Origin: an uncultured Spirochaetota bacterium
GTDB lineage: Bacteria > Spirochaetota > Brevinematia > Brevinematales > JAOACQ01
Assembly: GCA_963835575.1 (NCBI GenBank)
Contig: CAWIGG010000005.1
Location: 174,206-238,205 of the forward strand
Length of the DNA stretch: 64,000 nucleotides
Direction of reading: 5' to 3'
Shown here: positions 30,210 to 39,880 of the stretch, in pieces
Layout of the letters: each line of letters starts with the position of its first letter
Position numbering within the stretch: the first letter of the stretch is position 1
Program-made: the position numbers and the translations under genes
Notes under the pieces: model-generated
Seen by the model: the letters and a program-made list of their open reading frames with translations, nothing else
Database searches by the model: none
Told to the model about the DNA's origin: nothing

Positions 30210-32618
30210 TCAGTTTTTTATTTTGATAGGGCCAGCCAGCCTTTTAAAAGCTTTTTCCTTATAAAGCTCCTGATCTGCCTGCGAAAGCAGCTCGTCAAAA
30301 GACCTGGGATCCGAATAGTTAAAATAGGCGCAACCCATGCTGAGCGAGAGTTGATAATGTTTATGAGGGGAAGCGTTATATTTGGCGAGATTTTCATAAA
30401 TACGGGATTTGAAAGTATCTTTATCTTCGAGAGTGGAATCCAGAACCAGTATAACAAATTCATCGCCTCCCAGCCGCCCTATAATATCGCCGTCACGGAA
30501 TGATTTCTGAAGAATACCCGCTACTTTCCTGATGGCAAAATCACCTTCCTTATGTCCAAAATTATCATTAATTAATTTAAGTTTGTCCATATCGCAGAAT
30601 ACCAGCAGGAAATTCTTCTTCGATCTGATCGCATATTTATAATGCTGTTCGCTCAGTAAAATAAAGCCTCTTCTATTATAAAGACCTGTCAGTTCATCAT
30701 GCAGGCTCTGCTTATGCAGTTTGGAGTTTGTCCTGTTTAACTGCGACAGAACCCTTTTAAGCCGTTCCTCAATTTTTTTTCTTTCTGTAATTTCACCTTT
30801 CAGGTTTTTGTTTGCCAGAGTCAAATCGGCCGTTCTGGCTTTAACTTCTTCCTCAAGGGTCTGGGCCTGCATTTTTATCTGCTCAATAAGCATCGCGCCC
30901 TTTAAAGCGACGCTGAGTTTATGCCTGAGTATTTCATATGTTTTGGCCTCTCCCGCGCCTAATGAAAAAAGAACAAGCCCAATTTGATCATACCCCTGAA
31001 AAAGACTTTCGACTAAAAAACTATATCGTGTCTTTTGCGGCATGAATTCCGGATGGATCAGGTTTTTAGTCGGGAATCTTTTACCTTTCTTATCAAGCCA
31101 GAGCAGCTTTTCATTATTATAAGCTAAAAGCATTCTTGAATAAGTCAGCGGTTTTTTATTATTTTCATAAATTGACAGGAAGCATGAGCGGATCCCGATT
31201 GACGGAAATTCATTAAAAGCGACTTTCAATTCGTCTTCTATTTTAAGAGATGTGATCAGCCGTTCTCCGATATCATTCATGTCTTCCAGCCTGTAATCAA
31301 AAAGGGCCTGATTGAATGCCTCGCTTCTTTCAGCGGCTTCAACAAGCATAACTTCCGCCTGCTTGAACAAAGCATTCAGATAGTTCAACATTTTCGCGTC
31401 CGGATGACCGGAAAAAATATGCATCCGCATAGCATGAAGCATTTCTCCAAGGAGCGTTAAATTGATATTTTCAGCGACCGCCTGAAATATAATTTTATTC
31501 CATTTTTGAATGAAGGAGAATTGGGATTTGCCGTTTAGATCTTCCGCAAGAGTCTTCAATAGAGTATTGACCCACTTTATAAACAATTTTTCACTTTTAT
31601 CGTCAATTGCCTTGTTATGAAGAATATCCAGCAGAATAGACTCCTTATACCGGGACGCAATATAATCAAAATAGTTTTTGGGGAGAACCGGCTTTTCACG
31701 CGCAACAGCGGCCGCATCCGCCCGGGTCATAAAACAACCGCATGAATTTCGGATGACAAGTTTCGTGGAGATATAGGTCACCGGCGGAATATCTTCCCCA
31801 TTAATATATTTGGCAAACACCTCGGCTGTTTTCTGCCCGTATAGATAAAAAGGCTGGTTAACCGTTGTTATCTTCAGATACTGGCTGATTTCAGCATCAT
31901 CAAAGCCGACCACGGGAATATCCTCGGGAACATTTATTTTCCGCTCTTTAAGTTCCTCAAGCACGCCAAGAGCCATTGTGTCATTTGATGAAACAATCAC
32001 GTCAAATTTGACTTTTCTTTTATCCAGAAGGGTCTCCACAGCTTTTTTCCCGGAAGAAATGAGAAAATCCCCATGAATAATCAAATCATTTTTCAGAGGT
32101 ATATGATGCTTTCCCAGCACCTTCTGGTATGCTTTAAAACGCGCTTCCGCCTCATGATTACCCCTGGGCCCGCTGATAAAAGCGATTTTTTTATAACCAT
32201 GAACATGGATCAGATGTTCCAGCAGCTCGCTCATCCCTTTCTCATTATCAATAGTCAGGCAGGGATAATTGTCGATCTTTTCGCCGACCGTGACCACCGG
32301 CAGATTGTTATATTTTTTCAAATAATTTTTCAGCCGGTCAATCCCCACCAGATTGGCAATCGAAGGCGCCATGACAATAAGCCCGTCCACATTGCCCGGA
32401 TCAACAGCGTCGAACAGAATATTCCGGCATTTTTCCCATTCCAGCTGAGAATCCAGTCTGCCTGTAACAAAACAAAGAAGATTATAATCATTCTTCCCGG
32501 CATAATCCGCGATCCCTTCCATCATATTGACATGATAGGAAGTCCCCAGCCAATCCATGAGAAGCCCTATTGTTTTACGCTTTGAAAGAGATTTGCCTGA
32601 TTTACCGTCCCTGTTCAT
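30210..32618 (-). CDS. Cytoplasmic sugar-binding (LacI/PBP type-I ligand domain) - helical linker - GGDEF diguanylate cyclase
   Basis: The N-terminal ~300 aa resembles a LacI-family ligand domain (TIGLLMDWLGTSYH..., IPVVGFDD) and has no HTH and no TM helix. The middle region is helical/coiled-coil. The C-terminal GGDEF domain has RLGGDEF, with RDGD (RxxD) five residues upstream. Confidence 0.75.
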   Translation of the reverse strand: MNRDGKSGKSLSKRKTIGLLMDWLGTSYHVNMMEGIADYAGKNDYNLLCFVTGRLDSQLEWEKCRNILFDAVDPGNVDGLIVMAPSIANLVGIDRLKNYLKKYNNLPVVTVGEKIDNYPCLTIDNEKGMSELLEHLIHVHGYKKIAFISGPRGNHEAEARFKAYQKVLGKHHIPLKNDLIIHGDFLISSGKKAVETLLDKRKVKFDVIVSSNDTMALGVLEELKERKINVPEDIPVVGFDDAEISQYLKITTVNQPFYLYGQKTAEVFAKYINGEDIPPVTYISTKLVIRNSCGCFMTRADAAAVAREKPVLPKNYFDYIASRYKESILLDILHNKAIDDKSEKLFIKWVNTLLKTLAEDLNGKSQFSFIQKWNKIIFQAVAENINLTLLGEMLHAMRMHIFSGHPDAKMLNYLNALFKQAEVMLVEAAERSEAFNQALFDYRLEDMNDIGERLITSLKIEDELKVAFNEFPSIGIRSCFLSIYENNKKPLTYSRMLLAYNNEKLLWLDKKGKRFPTKNLIHPEFMPQKTRYSFLVESLFQGYDQIGLVLFSLGAGEAKTYEILRHKLSVALKGAMLIEQIKMQAQTLEEEVKARTADLTLANKNLKGEITERKKIEERLKRVLSQLNRTNSKLHKQSLHDELTGLYNRRGFILLSEQHYKYAIRSKKNFLLVFCDMDKLKLINDNFGHKEGDFAIRKVAGILQKSFRDGDIIGRLGGDEFVILVLDSTLEDKDTFKSRIYENLAKYNASPHKHYQLSLSMGCAYFNYSDPRSFDELLSQADQELYKEKAFKRLAGPIKIKN

Positions 32619-32903
32619 TTCCCCATCACCTTCCTTTTAGCCTTCTATAATATATCTGTCTTATCAATACTTTTCAAATTTTTCATATATTGTCTTATAG
32701 AAAAATTCATATGCCCTCCTGCAATTATTATTAAGAAATGAAAACAAACCTGAATATAACCGTTTTTATCGCAAAAGTTCAGGATGAATTGGACTTAATA
32801 ATTAACCTGATATATAGAATAATCGATCGGCCGGGAACATACTCTCAGGAAAAAAATCTCAGGAAAAAAATACTTGACCGTACAAAAAGATGTCATTATA
32901 ATA

Positions 32904-32938
32904 GGGCAGTTCTAAAAATGTGACTTTTTAGAACTGCC
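32904..32938. repeat. Palindromic mini-element, copy 1 (GGCAGTTCTAAAAA-N6-TTTTTAGAACTGCC)
   Basis: It is a perfect 14-bp inverted repeat. The arm resembles the terminal IR of the IS at 36301. Confidence 0.7.
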
Positions 32939-33027
32939 AATATTGTTCCGAACCATGCAGCCGCTAAGTTTGCTTCGCAAACTCCTCGCGGCAGCAGTTT
33001 TTTATTAACCAAAAGTTTTTATAATTA

Positions 33028-33062
33028 GGCAGTTCCAAAAACTTCAGGTTTTTGGAACTGCC
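33028..33062. repeat. Palindromic mini-element, copy 2 (GGCAGTTCCAAAAAC-ttcag-GTTTTTGGAACTGCC)
   Basis: It is a perfect 15-bp inverted repeat flanked by TTA / TAA. It lies 35 nt upstream of ATG 33098. Confidence 0.7.
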
Positions 33063-33097
33063 TAATTAAAACCGCTTTGTTTACAGGATGGATTATC

Positions 33098-36076
33098 ATG
33101 AAAAAGGAAATTCTCACCGCCCGTTCTTTTAAAATCAGCCCTGAAGATATTTTAAGGGAACTATTTAAGAAATTAATACAACCGGGCCATCTTGCTGATG
33201 CCGTATTTACGAACAGCCGTTTTAAAAATGTCATAGGCATTGCCCCTCTGCCTGTCAAAGCGCCATTTCTGATTATTCTTCTTAAAAATACTTCCATAAC
33301 GGATTTTATCTATAAAAATATATCAGATTTTAAATCCTTATTATTTTTACTCTCAGAAAGCCTTAAAAATATTCAGTGTTTCTGCCGCGAAGGTAAAATA
33401 GTCAAGGAACTTGATATCCCGCTTAAAATAAAAAAATCGGTTATTGCCGAGATTACGCAGGCGCTTCAGAATGCCGGCAGTCTTAATCAGAACGGGGCTC
33501 ATGAAATCGATTTAAAATTACAGTCTCCCGGCCCTCATTTTTCCGTAAACCTCTTGATCGGCAACCGGACCGGCTTCCCAAACGCGCTTCAAACAACCCC
33601 TAAAAGCGTAGTGGATAAATTCGGGCGCGGCAGTTTCCGTTCGCATGCCGCCGTCCAGATCCTCGCCACGCGTTATGATATGCGGCAGGAAGAAAACGGA
33701 TTCCCTGCAAACCGGCAGTTTTATATTCTGGAAAATTCAAAAAAAATATTTTATTCGGCGAATATCCAGGATGAGAATTTCGAATCGGGCACCTGCATTC
33801 ATTCTCAGAATTACACTCAGATCAAATACCGGACCCGCTGCGCCCTTGATATAGAGAGGACCATCTTTCTGCTGCCTCAGTACAACGGGCTCCCGATGGC
33901 GACAGAGGTCCAGGAGATAGAAATTAAAAACATGAGCCGGAAAATCAGACGCCTTAAAATTATTACCACTGGCATGTTCGGTTCTGCAAAACCTGTCGCC
34001 TTACAGGAAGATGTGCTCTACAGCAATATTATTGTTCAATCCAAAATCCTCAGGGGCGACGACGGTTCCATTCTTGCCGTCGGAGATGACTATTATCCTG
34101 AAGAAGACCGGAGCGATCTCCGTTTCCACACAATGATCATCCATAACGGAAAATCCACCCATCTGGCCAGGGAATTCTGTACTGATTATAATGAATTTGT
34201 CGGGAACGGCACTCTTGAAAATCCCGAAGGCGCTTTAATACTCAGCAACAGACTTTCCCGGAAAGGCCCCCCCTTCTTTGCCCTTGCCGGCGAAATTAAA
34301 ATTAAACCCGGCGAAAAGGCCAGGATCGACACGTTTACCGGAATGGTTTCTGAAAAAGCGAACCCCAATTTCTATGCTTCTTCTTATAAGGAAGAAATAT
34401 CCCGCCTGATCAATTATTTTTCCAGAAATGATTCACTGGCAAAAGCTTTTCAGGATATAAAAAGATTCCAGTCCAGATACTGCGGTTTCCTACAGGTTTC
34501 CTCCTCAAACGCATTATTTAACTCTTTTTTCAATAAAAATCTTCCTTTTCAGGTTTTCTACCAGACTTTTACTTCACGCTCCTTCTGTCAAACCCAGAAA
34601 GGGTACAGGGAAATCGGGTTCCGTGAAATCCAGGATATTTTCGCTTCCATGTATTATTTTGTAAGTATGGGAATGGAGAATGTCGTCAGGGATTTATTAT
34701 CAGAATGGGCGGCTAATATCTTTGAGTTCGGTTATGCCTATCACAATTTCTTCTGGAAGGGAAAAGAACCCGGTAAATGGTCTGACGATGCCCTCTGGTT
34801 TATCCAGGCTGTTTACCGCTATGTTATTCTGACCGGCGATTTAGGCTTCCTGAATACTGAATGCCCTGTTGCCGGGACTGTGCCGGTGCAGAAACGATCG
34901 ATATATAAAACAATCCAGGCTGTTATTCATTATTCCGGCGTCGTATCAACCGGCAAGCACGGCCTGCCGCTTCTCGACAGCGCCGACTGGAACGATACGC
35001 TTAAACTGGACGAGGATTATATAAACGGGCCTGAAAAAGAAATAATCTATCAGGAACAAATAAAAAAAGACGGGAATAATAAAGCGCCGTTTAAGAGCAA
35101 TTATTCCGAAAGCGTTATGAACGCCTTTCTCCTCAAAGTGGCTGTTGATGAAATGCTCCTTCTTTCAAAAAGGAAAAAAGATACCGCCTATCATGAATAT
35201 CTGAAGAATTTTTCAGATAAATTAAAAGGAAACATCCAGAAGCATGCCTGGAAAGGGGATTTTTTTGCTCGGGTGCTTTTTAACCGTTATCCGGACGGAG
35301 AGTATGCCTACCTGGGAGCTGAAGGGGACGGTTTATCTGCAGACCCTCATTTAAAAGGCGTTTATCTCATCAATTCCTTCAGCTGGGCCATTCTCAGCGG
35401 CACAGCCACAGAGGAACAGGTCCGCATCATGCTGCCGGTTTTTGAAAAAGCGCTTAAAACACCTTACGGCCTGAAGCTCATGACCCCAGCCGCGCTGGAC
35501 AAGGTTTCAAAAAGCACAGCTGCGGGACATTATTTCCCCGGCGACCGCGAAAACGGCGGAGTATTCAAGCACGCTTCCATGATGGCAGCGGCAGCGCTCT
35601 TAAAAGCAGCTAAGGAGTCCCTTGATAAGGCCCTGGCCGTAAAACTCAGCTCTCTTGCATACTGGATGATAGACCTGGTCATGCCTTATAAAACCCTGGA
35701 AAATCCATACCAGTTCGGCGGTAATCCCCGCTTCTGCACACAGTATACCAACAGCGAAACAGGTGAAAATATCGGACCGCTCTTGAGCGGGACAGCGACA
35801 TGGCTTAGCCTGGCCCTTTTTTCCGCCTTCGGTCTGGAATACACATCACAGGGTATAGATTTCAATCCCATACTCAGGGAAGATGATGAGATACTTTCTT
35901 ATAATTTAAAAACCGGCAAATCACAGTATAAATTTATAATAAAAAAACCGAAAGGTTTTTACCGTACTCTGGACAATACCTTCATCATTAAACTGGACAG
36001 AATAAAAAAAGAAAAGAATATCATTCCCCTCTTTAATGACGGGAAAAAACACATTGTCGAATTAGTATTTAATTAA
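33098..36076 (+). CDS. GH94-type glycan phosphorylase, long form (cellodextrin-phosphorylase-like)
   Basis: It shares catalytic-region motifs with the GH94 gene at 39881: LLDSADWNDTL against GRADWNDCL, and DRENGGVFKHASMM against [14 protein letters not shown]. About 190 N-terminal residues have no counterpart there. The start is set at MKKEIL. Confidence 0.7.
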   Translation: MKKEILTARSFKISPEDILRELFKKLIQPGHLADAVFTNSRFKNVIGIAPLPVKAPFLIILLKNTSITDFIYKNISDFKSLLFLLSESLKNIQCFCREGKIVKELDIPLKIKKSVIAEITQALQNAGSLNQNGAHEIDLKLQSPGPHFSVNLLIGNRTGFPNALQTTPKSVVDKFGRGSFRSHAAVQILATRYDMRQEENGFPANRQFYILENSKKIFYSANIQDENFESGTCIHSQNYTQIKYRTRCALDIERTIFLLPQYNGLPMATEVQEIEIKNMSRKIRRLKIITTGMFGSAKPVALQEDVLYSNIIVQSKILRGDDGSILAVGDDYYPEEDRSDLRFHTMIIHNGKSTHLAREFCTDYNEFVGNGTLENPEGALILSNRLSRKGPPFFALAGEIKIKPGEKARIDTFTGMVSEKANPNFYASSYKEEISRLINYFSRNDSLAKAFQDIKRFQSRYCGFLQVSSSNALFNSFFNKNLPFQVFYQTFTSRSFCQTQKGYREIGFREIQDIFASMYYFVSMGMENVVRDLLSEWAANIFEFGYAYHNFFWKGKEPGKWSDDALWFIQAVYRYVILTGDLGFLNTECPVAGTVPVQKRSIYKTIQAVIHYSGVVSTGKHGLPLLDSADWNDTLKLDEDYINGPEKEIIYQEQIKKDGNNKAPFKSNYSESVMNAFLLKVAVDEMLLLSKRKKDTAYHEYLKNFSDKLKGNIQKHAWKGDFFARVLFNRYPDGEYAYLGAEGDGLSADPHLKGVYLINSFSWAILSGTATEEQVRIMLPVFEKALKTPYGLKLMTPAALDKVSKSTAAGHYFPGDRENGGVFKHASMMAAAALLKAAKESLDKALAVKLSSLAYWMIDLVMPYKTLENPYQFGGNPRFCTQYTNSETGENIGPLLSGTATWLSLALFSAFGLEYTSQGIDFNPILREDDEILSYNLKTGKSQYKFIIKKPKGFYRTLDNTFIIKLDRIKKEKNIIPLFNDGKKHIVELVFN

Positions 36077-36112
36077 GGGCAGTTCCAAAAACTAATGATT
36101 TTTAGAACTGCC
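36077..36112. repeat. Palindromic mini-element, copy 3
   Basis: GGGCAGTTCCAAAAAC-taatga-TTTTTAGAACTGCC lies immediately after the stop codon and is flanked by TTAA / TTTAA. It may double as a terminator. Confidence 0.7.
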
Positions 36113-36300
36113 TTTAAGAGTATTTTTATTCCAAGCCAGTTTGTCAGATTCTGCCTGAGAAGCGGACAAACTGCCAAGGGATTGAATAGATATAAGTGAT
36201 TTTATCAATTTTTTAAAACCACCGGTCAGGAGACATGAAATGCCGAAACATGATGTTTATGCCTATGGTATGATTGCAGCCAGCGCTCTCTATATATTAA

Positions 36301-37584
36301 GGGCGGTTTGAAAAACCCACGTATCATATACAAATAGTATATAAAAACATATAATCATAGTCAAAGAAAACAGAGGTAAGGCTATGACAAAAATTAAGCG
36401 GAAAGACCGTAACTTGTTTGAATATCAGGAGCGGATGGAAAAGCTAAGCGGCGTAAAAACACCGCTGGATAAGCTTAACAGGGTTGTAGACTTTGAGATG
36501 TTCCGGCCGCTGTTAACAGAGATTTTGGCGCCGAAAGAGCAGAAGGCGCCGGGCGGAGCGCCACATTATGACTATGTTTTCATGTTCAAGATACTGATAT
36601 TCCAGAGGTATTACAATCTTTCCGATGAGCAAGCGGAATTTCAGATCAATGACAGGTTATCCGTTCAGCGATATCTTGGGATAACACTTTCGGACAAAGT
36701 TCCGGACTACAGTAAAATCTGGGAATTCAAGGAAAAACTGACGAAAGCGAAAGCAATAGAGAAACTTTTTAAAATATTCGATGAGAATCTTGAGAATAAA
36801 GGTGTGATAGGGAAAGCGGGCGTTATGGTAGACGCAAGTTTTGTGGATGTTCCCCGGCAGAGGAACAGCCGCGAAGAAAACAAGAAAATAAAAGAAGGCG
36901 AGGTTCCGGAAGATTGGAAAGATAATACGCATAAGCTTTCCCATAAAGACACGGATGCGCGCTGGATGACCAAGAATAAAGAGAGGCATTACGGATACAA
37001 AAACCATACAAAGGTTGATGTGAAGTCAAAACTTATTCGTTCTTATGTCACGACAGATGCGAGCGTTCACGATTCACAGGTAGTTGAACCTCTATTGAAT
37101 GAGAAAGACAAAGGGAAGCCGTTTTACGCGGACAGCGCATATGTTGGCCCAACGGTAGCAGGAATATTAGAAAAATTTGAGATGAAAAACCGGATTCACG
37201 AAAAAGGATACAGAAATAAGCCATTGACGGAGAAGCAGAAAGAAAAAAATAGAAGAAAGAGCCGCATCCGAGTTCGTGTTGAGCATGTTTTTGGTTTTGT
37301 TGAAAATAGTATGAACGGCAGTACAATACGATCGATAGGAAAAGAAAGGGCAGAGAGCCAAATCGGGCTGATGAATCTGGTTTATAATTTAGCACGGTAT
37401 GTTGTGGTAAAAGGTCGAATTGCGTCTTGTGCGGCTTAAAATACAGAAGATATGGATAATATTGCCCGTGTTTGGCTGAATTTTGGTAATAGAAACAGTT
37501 TTTAACCTGTTGGCAGAAATATTTTGAAAATATTTTCTATTATCAGGGAAGTGTTGATAAATTAGGCGGTTTTTAAAACCGCCC
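36301..37584 (+). mobile_element. Intact IS5-family insertion sequence (1284 bp)
   Basis: The terminal IRs are GGGCGGTTTGAAAAACC and the reverse complement of GGTTTTTAAAACCGCCC. A 4-bp TTAA direct duplication sits at both ends. A single transposase ORF is present. Confidence 0.9.
36384..37439 (+). CDS. IS5-family DDE transposase
   Basis: The 351-aa protein has an N-terminal YDYVFMFKILIFQRYYNLSDEQAEFQINDRLSVQRYLG module and a central DASFVDVPRQRN. The C-terminal VEHVFGFVENSMNG...LMNLVYNL pattern is typical of IS5 transposases. Confidence 0.9.
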   Translation: MTKIKRKDRNLFEYQERMEKLSGVKTPLDKLNRVVDFEMFRPLLTEILAPKEQKAPGGAPHYDYVFMFKILIFQRYYNLSDEQAEFQINDRLSVQRYLGITLSDKVPDYSKIWEFKEKLTKAKAIEKLFKIFDENLENKGVIGKAGVMVDASFVDVPRQRNSREENKKIKEGEVPEDWKDNTHKLSHKDTDARWMTKNKERHYGYKNHTKVDVKSKLIRSYVTTDASVHDSQVVEPLLNEKDKGKPFYADSAYVGPTVAGILEKFEMKNRIHEKGYRNKPLTEKQKEKNRRKSRIRVRVEHVFGFVENSMNGSTIRSIGKERAESQIGLMNLVYNLARYVVVKGRIASCAA

Positions 37585-38453
37585 TTAAAGGACAAATATC
37601 CTGCGCGCGACACTTATGCAGAGATAAAAAAACAATATAAAATGACCGGCGGCGAAGCGGCCAATTCATCCATAGTCCTGTCCAAACTTGGTGCGAAAAT
37701 CAAGATTGACGGCAACTGGCTCGGCCGGGATGAGAACGGGGCAATGACAAGGGCTTTCCTTAAGAGTTATAAAATAGATTGTTCCCGCCTTAAATTAAAG
37801 AAGGGGTATCATGGCGTGAATGAAAATGTCTTTACCGATGGGGAAAGCAGGACAAACTTCGGGACATATCAGCATCTTCTCTTTACCGAAAAACAGTGGA
37901 ATACGCCAAGAAAAGAAGACATCGCTTCAGTAAAGATCGCCTGCATCGATTCTTTTTTCAGCGAAGAATCTCAAACCGCGGCGCGGTATTGCCGGGAACT
38001 GGGCGTACCGTATGTCACCGTCGACGTGAAGTATGACGACCCCATAAGCATGAACGCCGATGCTGTCATTATAGCGGGTGAATTCAGAAAAGAAAAATAT
38101 AGAGATTATAAAATAGAAGATTTGTTCAAGGAATATCATGAAAGGACAAAAGGCCTGGTCATTTTTACTTGCGGCGCGGACGATATTATTTACGCGGAAA
38201 AAAGCGGCCCTGTCAGAACATTCAAACCTTACACAATCCAGCCGCTTGACGCGACAGGCGCAGGGGATTCCTTCCGTTCAGGCATTATTTACAGTTTATT
38301 AAAAAAATGGCCGATGGAAAAATCAATCCATTTTGCCTCCGCCCTCGCGGCTTTGATATGTCTATCCTTTCCCGGAGTTATAAATGCTCCTTCATTAGAG
38401 AACGTATTGGATTTTATCCGGCAGAATAAAAGAGAATTTTAAAAGGAGACTAT

Positions 38454-39800
38454 ATGGACCACTTTACTTTCCCGAAGGATTTTAAATGGGGTGCGGCAAC
38501 GGCATCCTATCAGATCGAAGGAGCTTATAATGAAGACGGCAGAGGACTGAGCGTCTGGGATACATTCGCACGGCGGCCCGGCAAGATTTTTAATAATGAT
38601 AACGGCGACAGGGCATGCGATCATTACCATCTTTATAAGGAAGATGTTAAGCTGATGAAGGAACTGGGACTGAACGCCTACCGCTTTTCCATTGCCTGGC
38701 CCAGAATTCTCCCCTCCGGCGAAGGAAAGATCAATAATAAAGGCATTGATTTTTATAATAAGCTTGTGGATGAACTCCTGAAGGCCGGCATAGAGCCCTA
38801 TATCACTCTTTATCACTGGGATATGCCTCAGGCGCTGGAAGATAAATACGGAGGCTGGAGAAATAAATCGGTGCCTAAAATCTTTGCTGATTATGCGGGG
38901 CTGATGGTCCGGGAATTATCCGACAGGGTCAAATACTGGACGACAATGAACGAGATTGTCTGTTTTACTAAATTAGCGCATGCCGAGGACAGACACGCGC
39001 CCGGAAAGATTGAAAAACCGCAGATTGTCAATCAAACAATCCATAATGCGTTATTGGGGCACGGCCTCGCTGTGCAGGCCATACGGTCAAACGCGAAAAA
39101 AGCCGTTCAGGCCGGATTAGTGGAAGTACCGTATAATGTATGGCCTATTTTTGATGATAAAGAACATATTAAAGCCGCATCAAAGGCCTGGAAGGAAAAA
39201 AACCAGCAGATCCTTTTCCCGATTATGACCGGGCAATACAGCAGGGATTTTATTGAATATTTAGGCAATGATATGCCGCAATATACGGATGAGGAAATGA
39301 AAATCATCTCTCAAAAATTGGATTTCATGGGATATAATGTCTATTTCGGCGATCCGGTCCGGGCTAGTGATAATGCAAGCGGTTATGAAATAGTACCCCT
39401 TCCCCACAGCTATCCAAGAACCGAAATGACCTGGGGAACTTCTCCTAAAGCTCTCTATTACACACTCAAACATTCCCAGGAACATTTTTCCCCTCTTCCA
39501 CTTTATATAACAGAAAATGGAATGGCCTGCCAGGATATTGAAACCGCCAAGGGAGAAGTCCTGGATATCGACAGGATGGAATACCTCAGGCAGCACCTTG
39601 AAATGTGCTCAAAGGCCGTATTGGACGGAATCAATTTAAAAGGATATTTCCTCTGGAGCCTTATGGACAATTTCGAGTGGTCATGGGGTTTTTCCAAACG
39701 CTTCGGCATAGTCCGTACTAACTACGCTAACATGGAAAGAACAGTCAAGCTGAGCGGAAAATATTATTCCGCTGTTATTAAAGCCGGAAAAGTATTATAA
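38454..39800 (+). CDS. bglB: GH1 beta-glucosidase
   Basis: The N-terminus is FPKDFKWGAATASYQIEGA. The acid/base region is WTTMNEI, the nucleophile motif is YITENGMA, and a C-terminal DNFEW is present. Confidence 0.9.
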   Translation: MDHFTFPKDFKWGAATASYQIEGAYNEDGRGLSVWDTFARRPGKIFNNDNGDRACDHYHLYKEDVKLMKELGLNAYRFSIAWPRILPSGEGKINNKGIDFYNKLVDELLKAGIEPYITLYHWDMPQALEDKYGGWRNKSVPKIFADYAGLMVRELSDRVKYWTTMNEIVCFTKLAHAEDRHAPGKIEKPQIVNQTIHNALLGHGLAVQAIRSNAKKAVQAGLVEVPYNVWPIFDDKEHIKAASKAWKEKNQQILFPIMTGQYSRDFIEYLGNDMPQYTDEEMKIISQKLDFMGYNVYFGDPVRASDNASGYEIVPLPHSYPRTEMTWGTSPKALYYTLKHSQEHFSPLPLYITENGMACQDIETAKGEVLDIDRMEYLRQHLEMCSKAVLDGINLKGYFLWSLMDNFEWSWGFSKRFGIVRTNYANMERTVKLSGKYYSAVIKAGKVL

Positions 39801-39880
39801 TTTCGGCTGAATATTTTGATTATTACCGGTTTTTCTATTAAAATATTTATCTTTTATTATTAATAACGGGAGGATGGTAT

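Larger units (their letters stand above)
36240..38442 (+). pseudogene. PfkB-family sugar kinase interrupted by an IS5-family insertion
   Basis: The 5' fragment runs from ATG 36240 (AGGAGA SD) and reads MPKHDVYAYGMIAASALYIL up to TTAA 36297-36300. The 3' part resumes in frame after TTAA 37585-37588 as KDKYPARDTYAEIKKQYKMTGGEAANSSIVLSKLG... and runs to 38442. Deleting the IS and one TTAA gives a single open frame. The C-terminal DATGAGDSF motif is typical of PfkB kinases. Confidence 0.85.
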
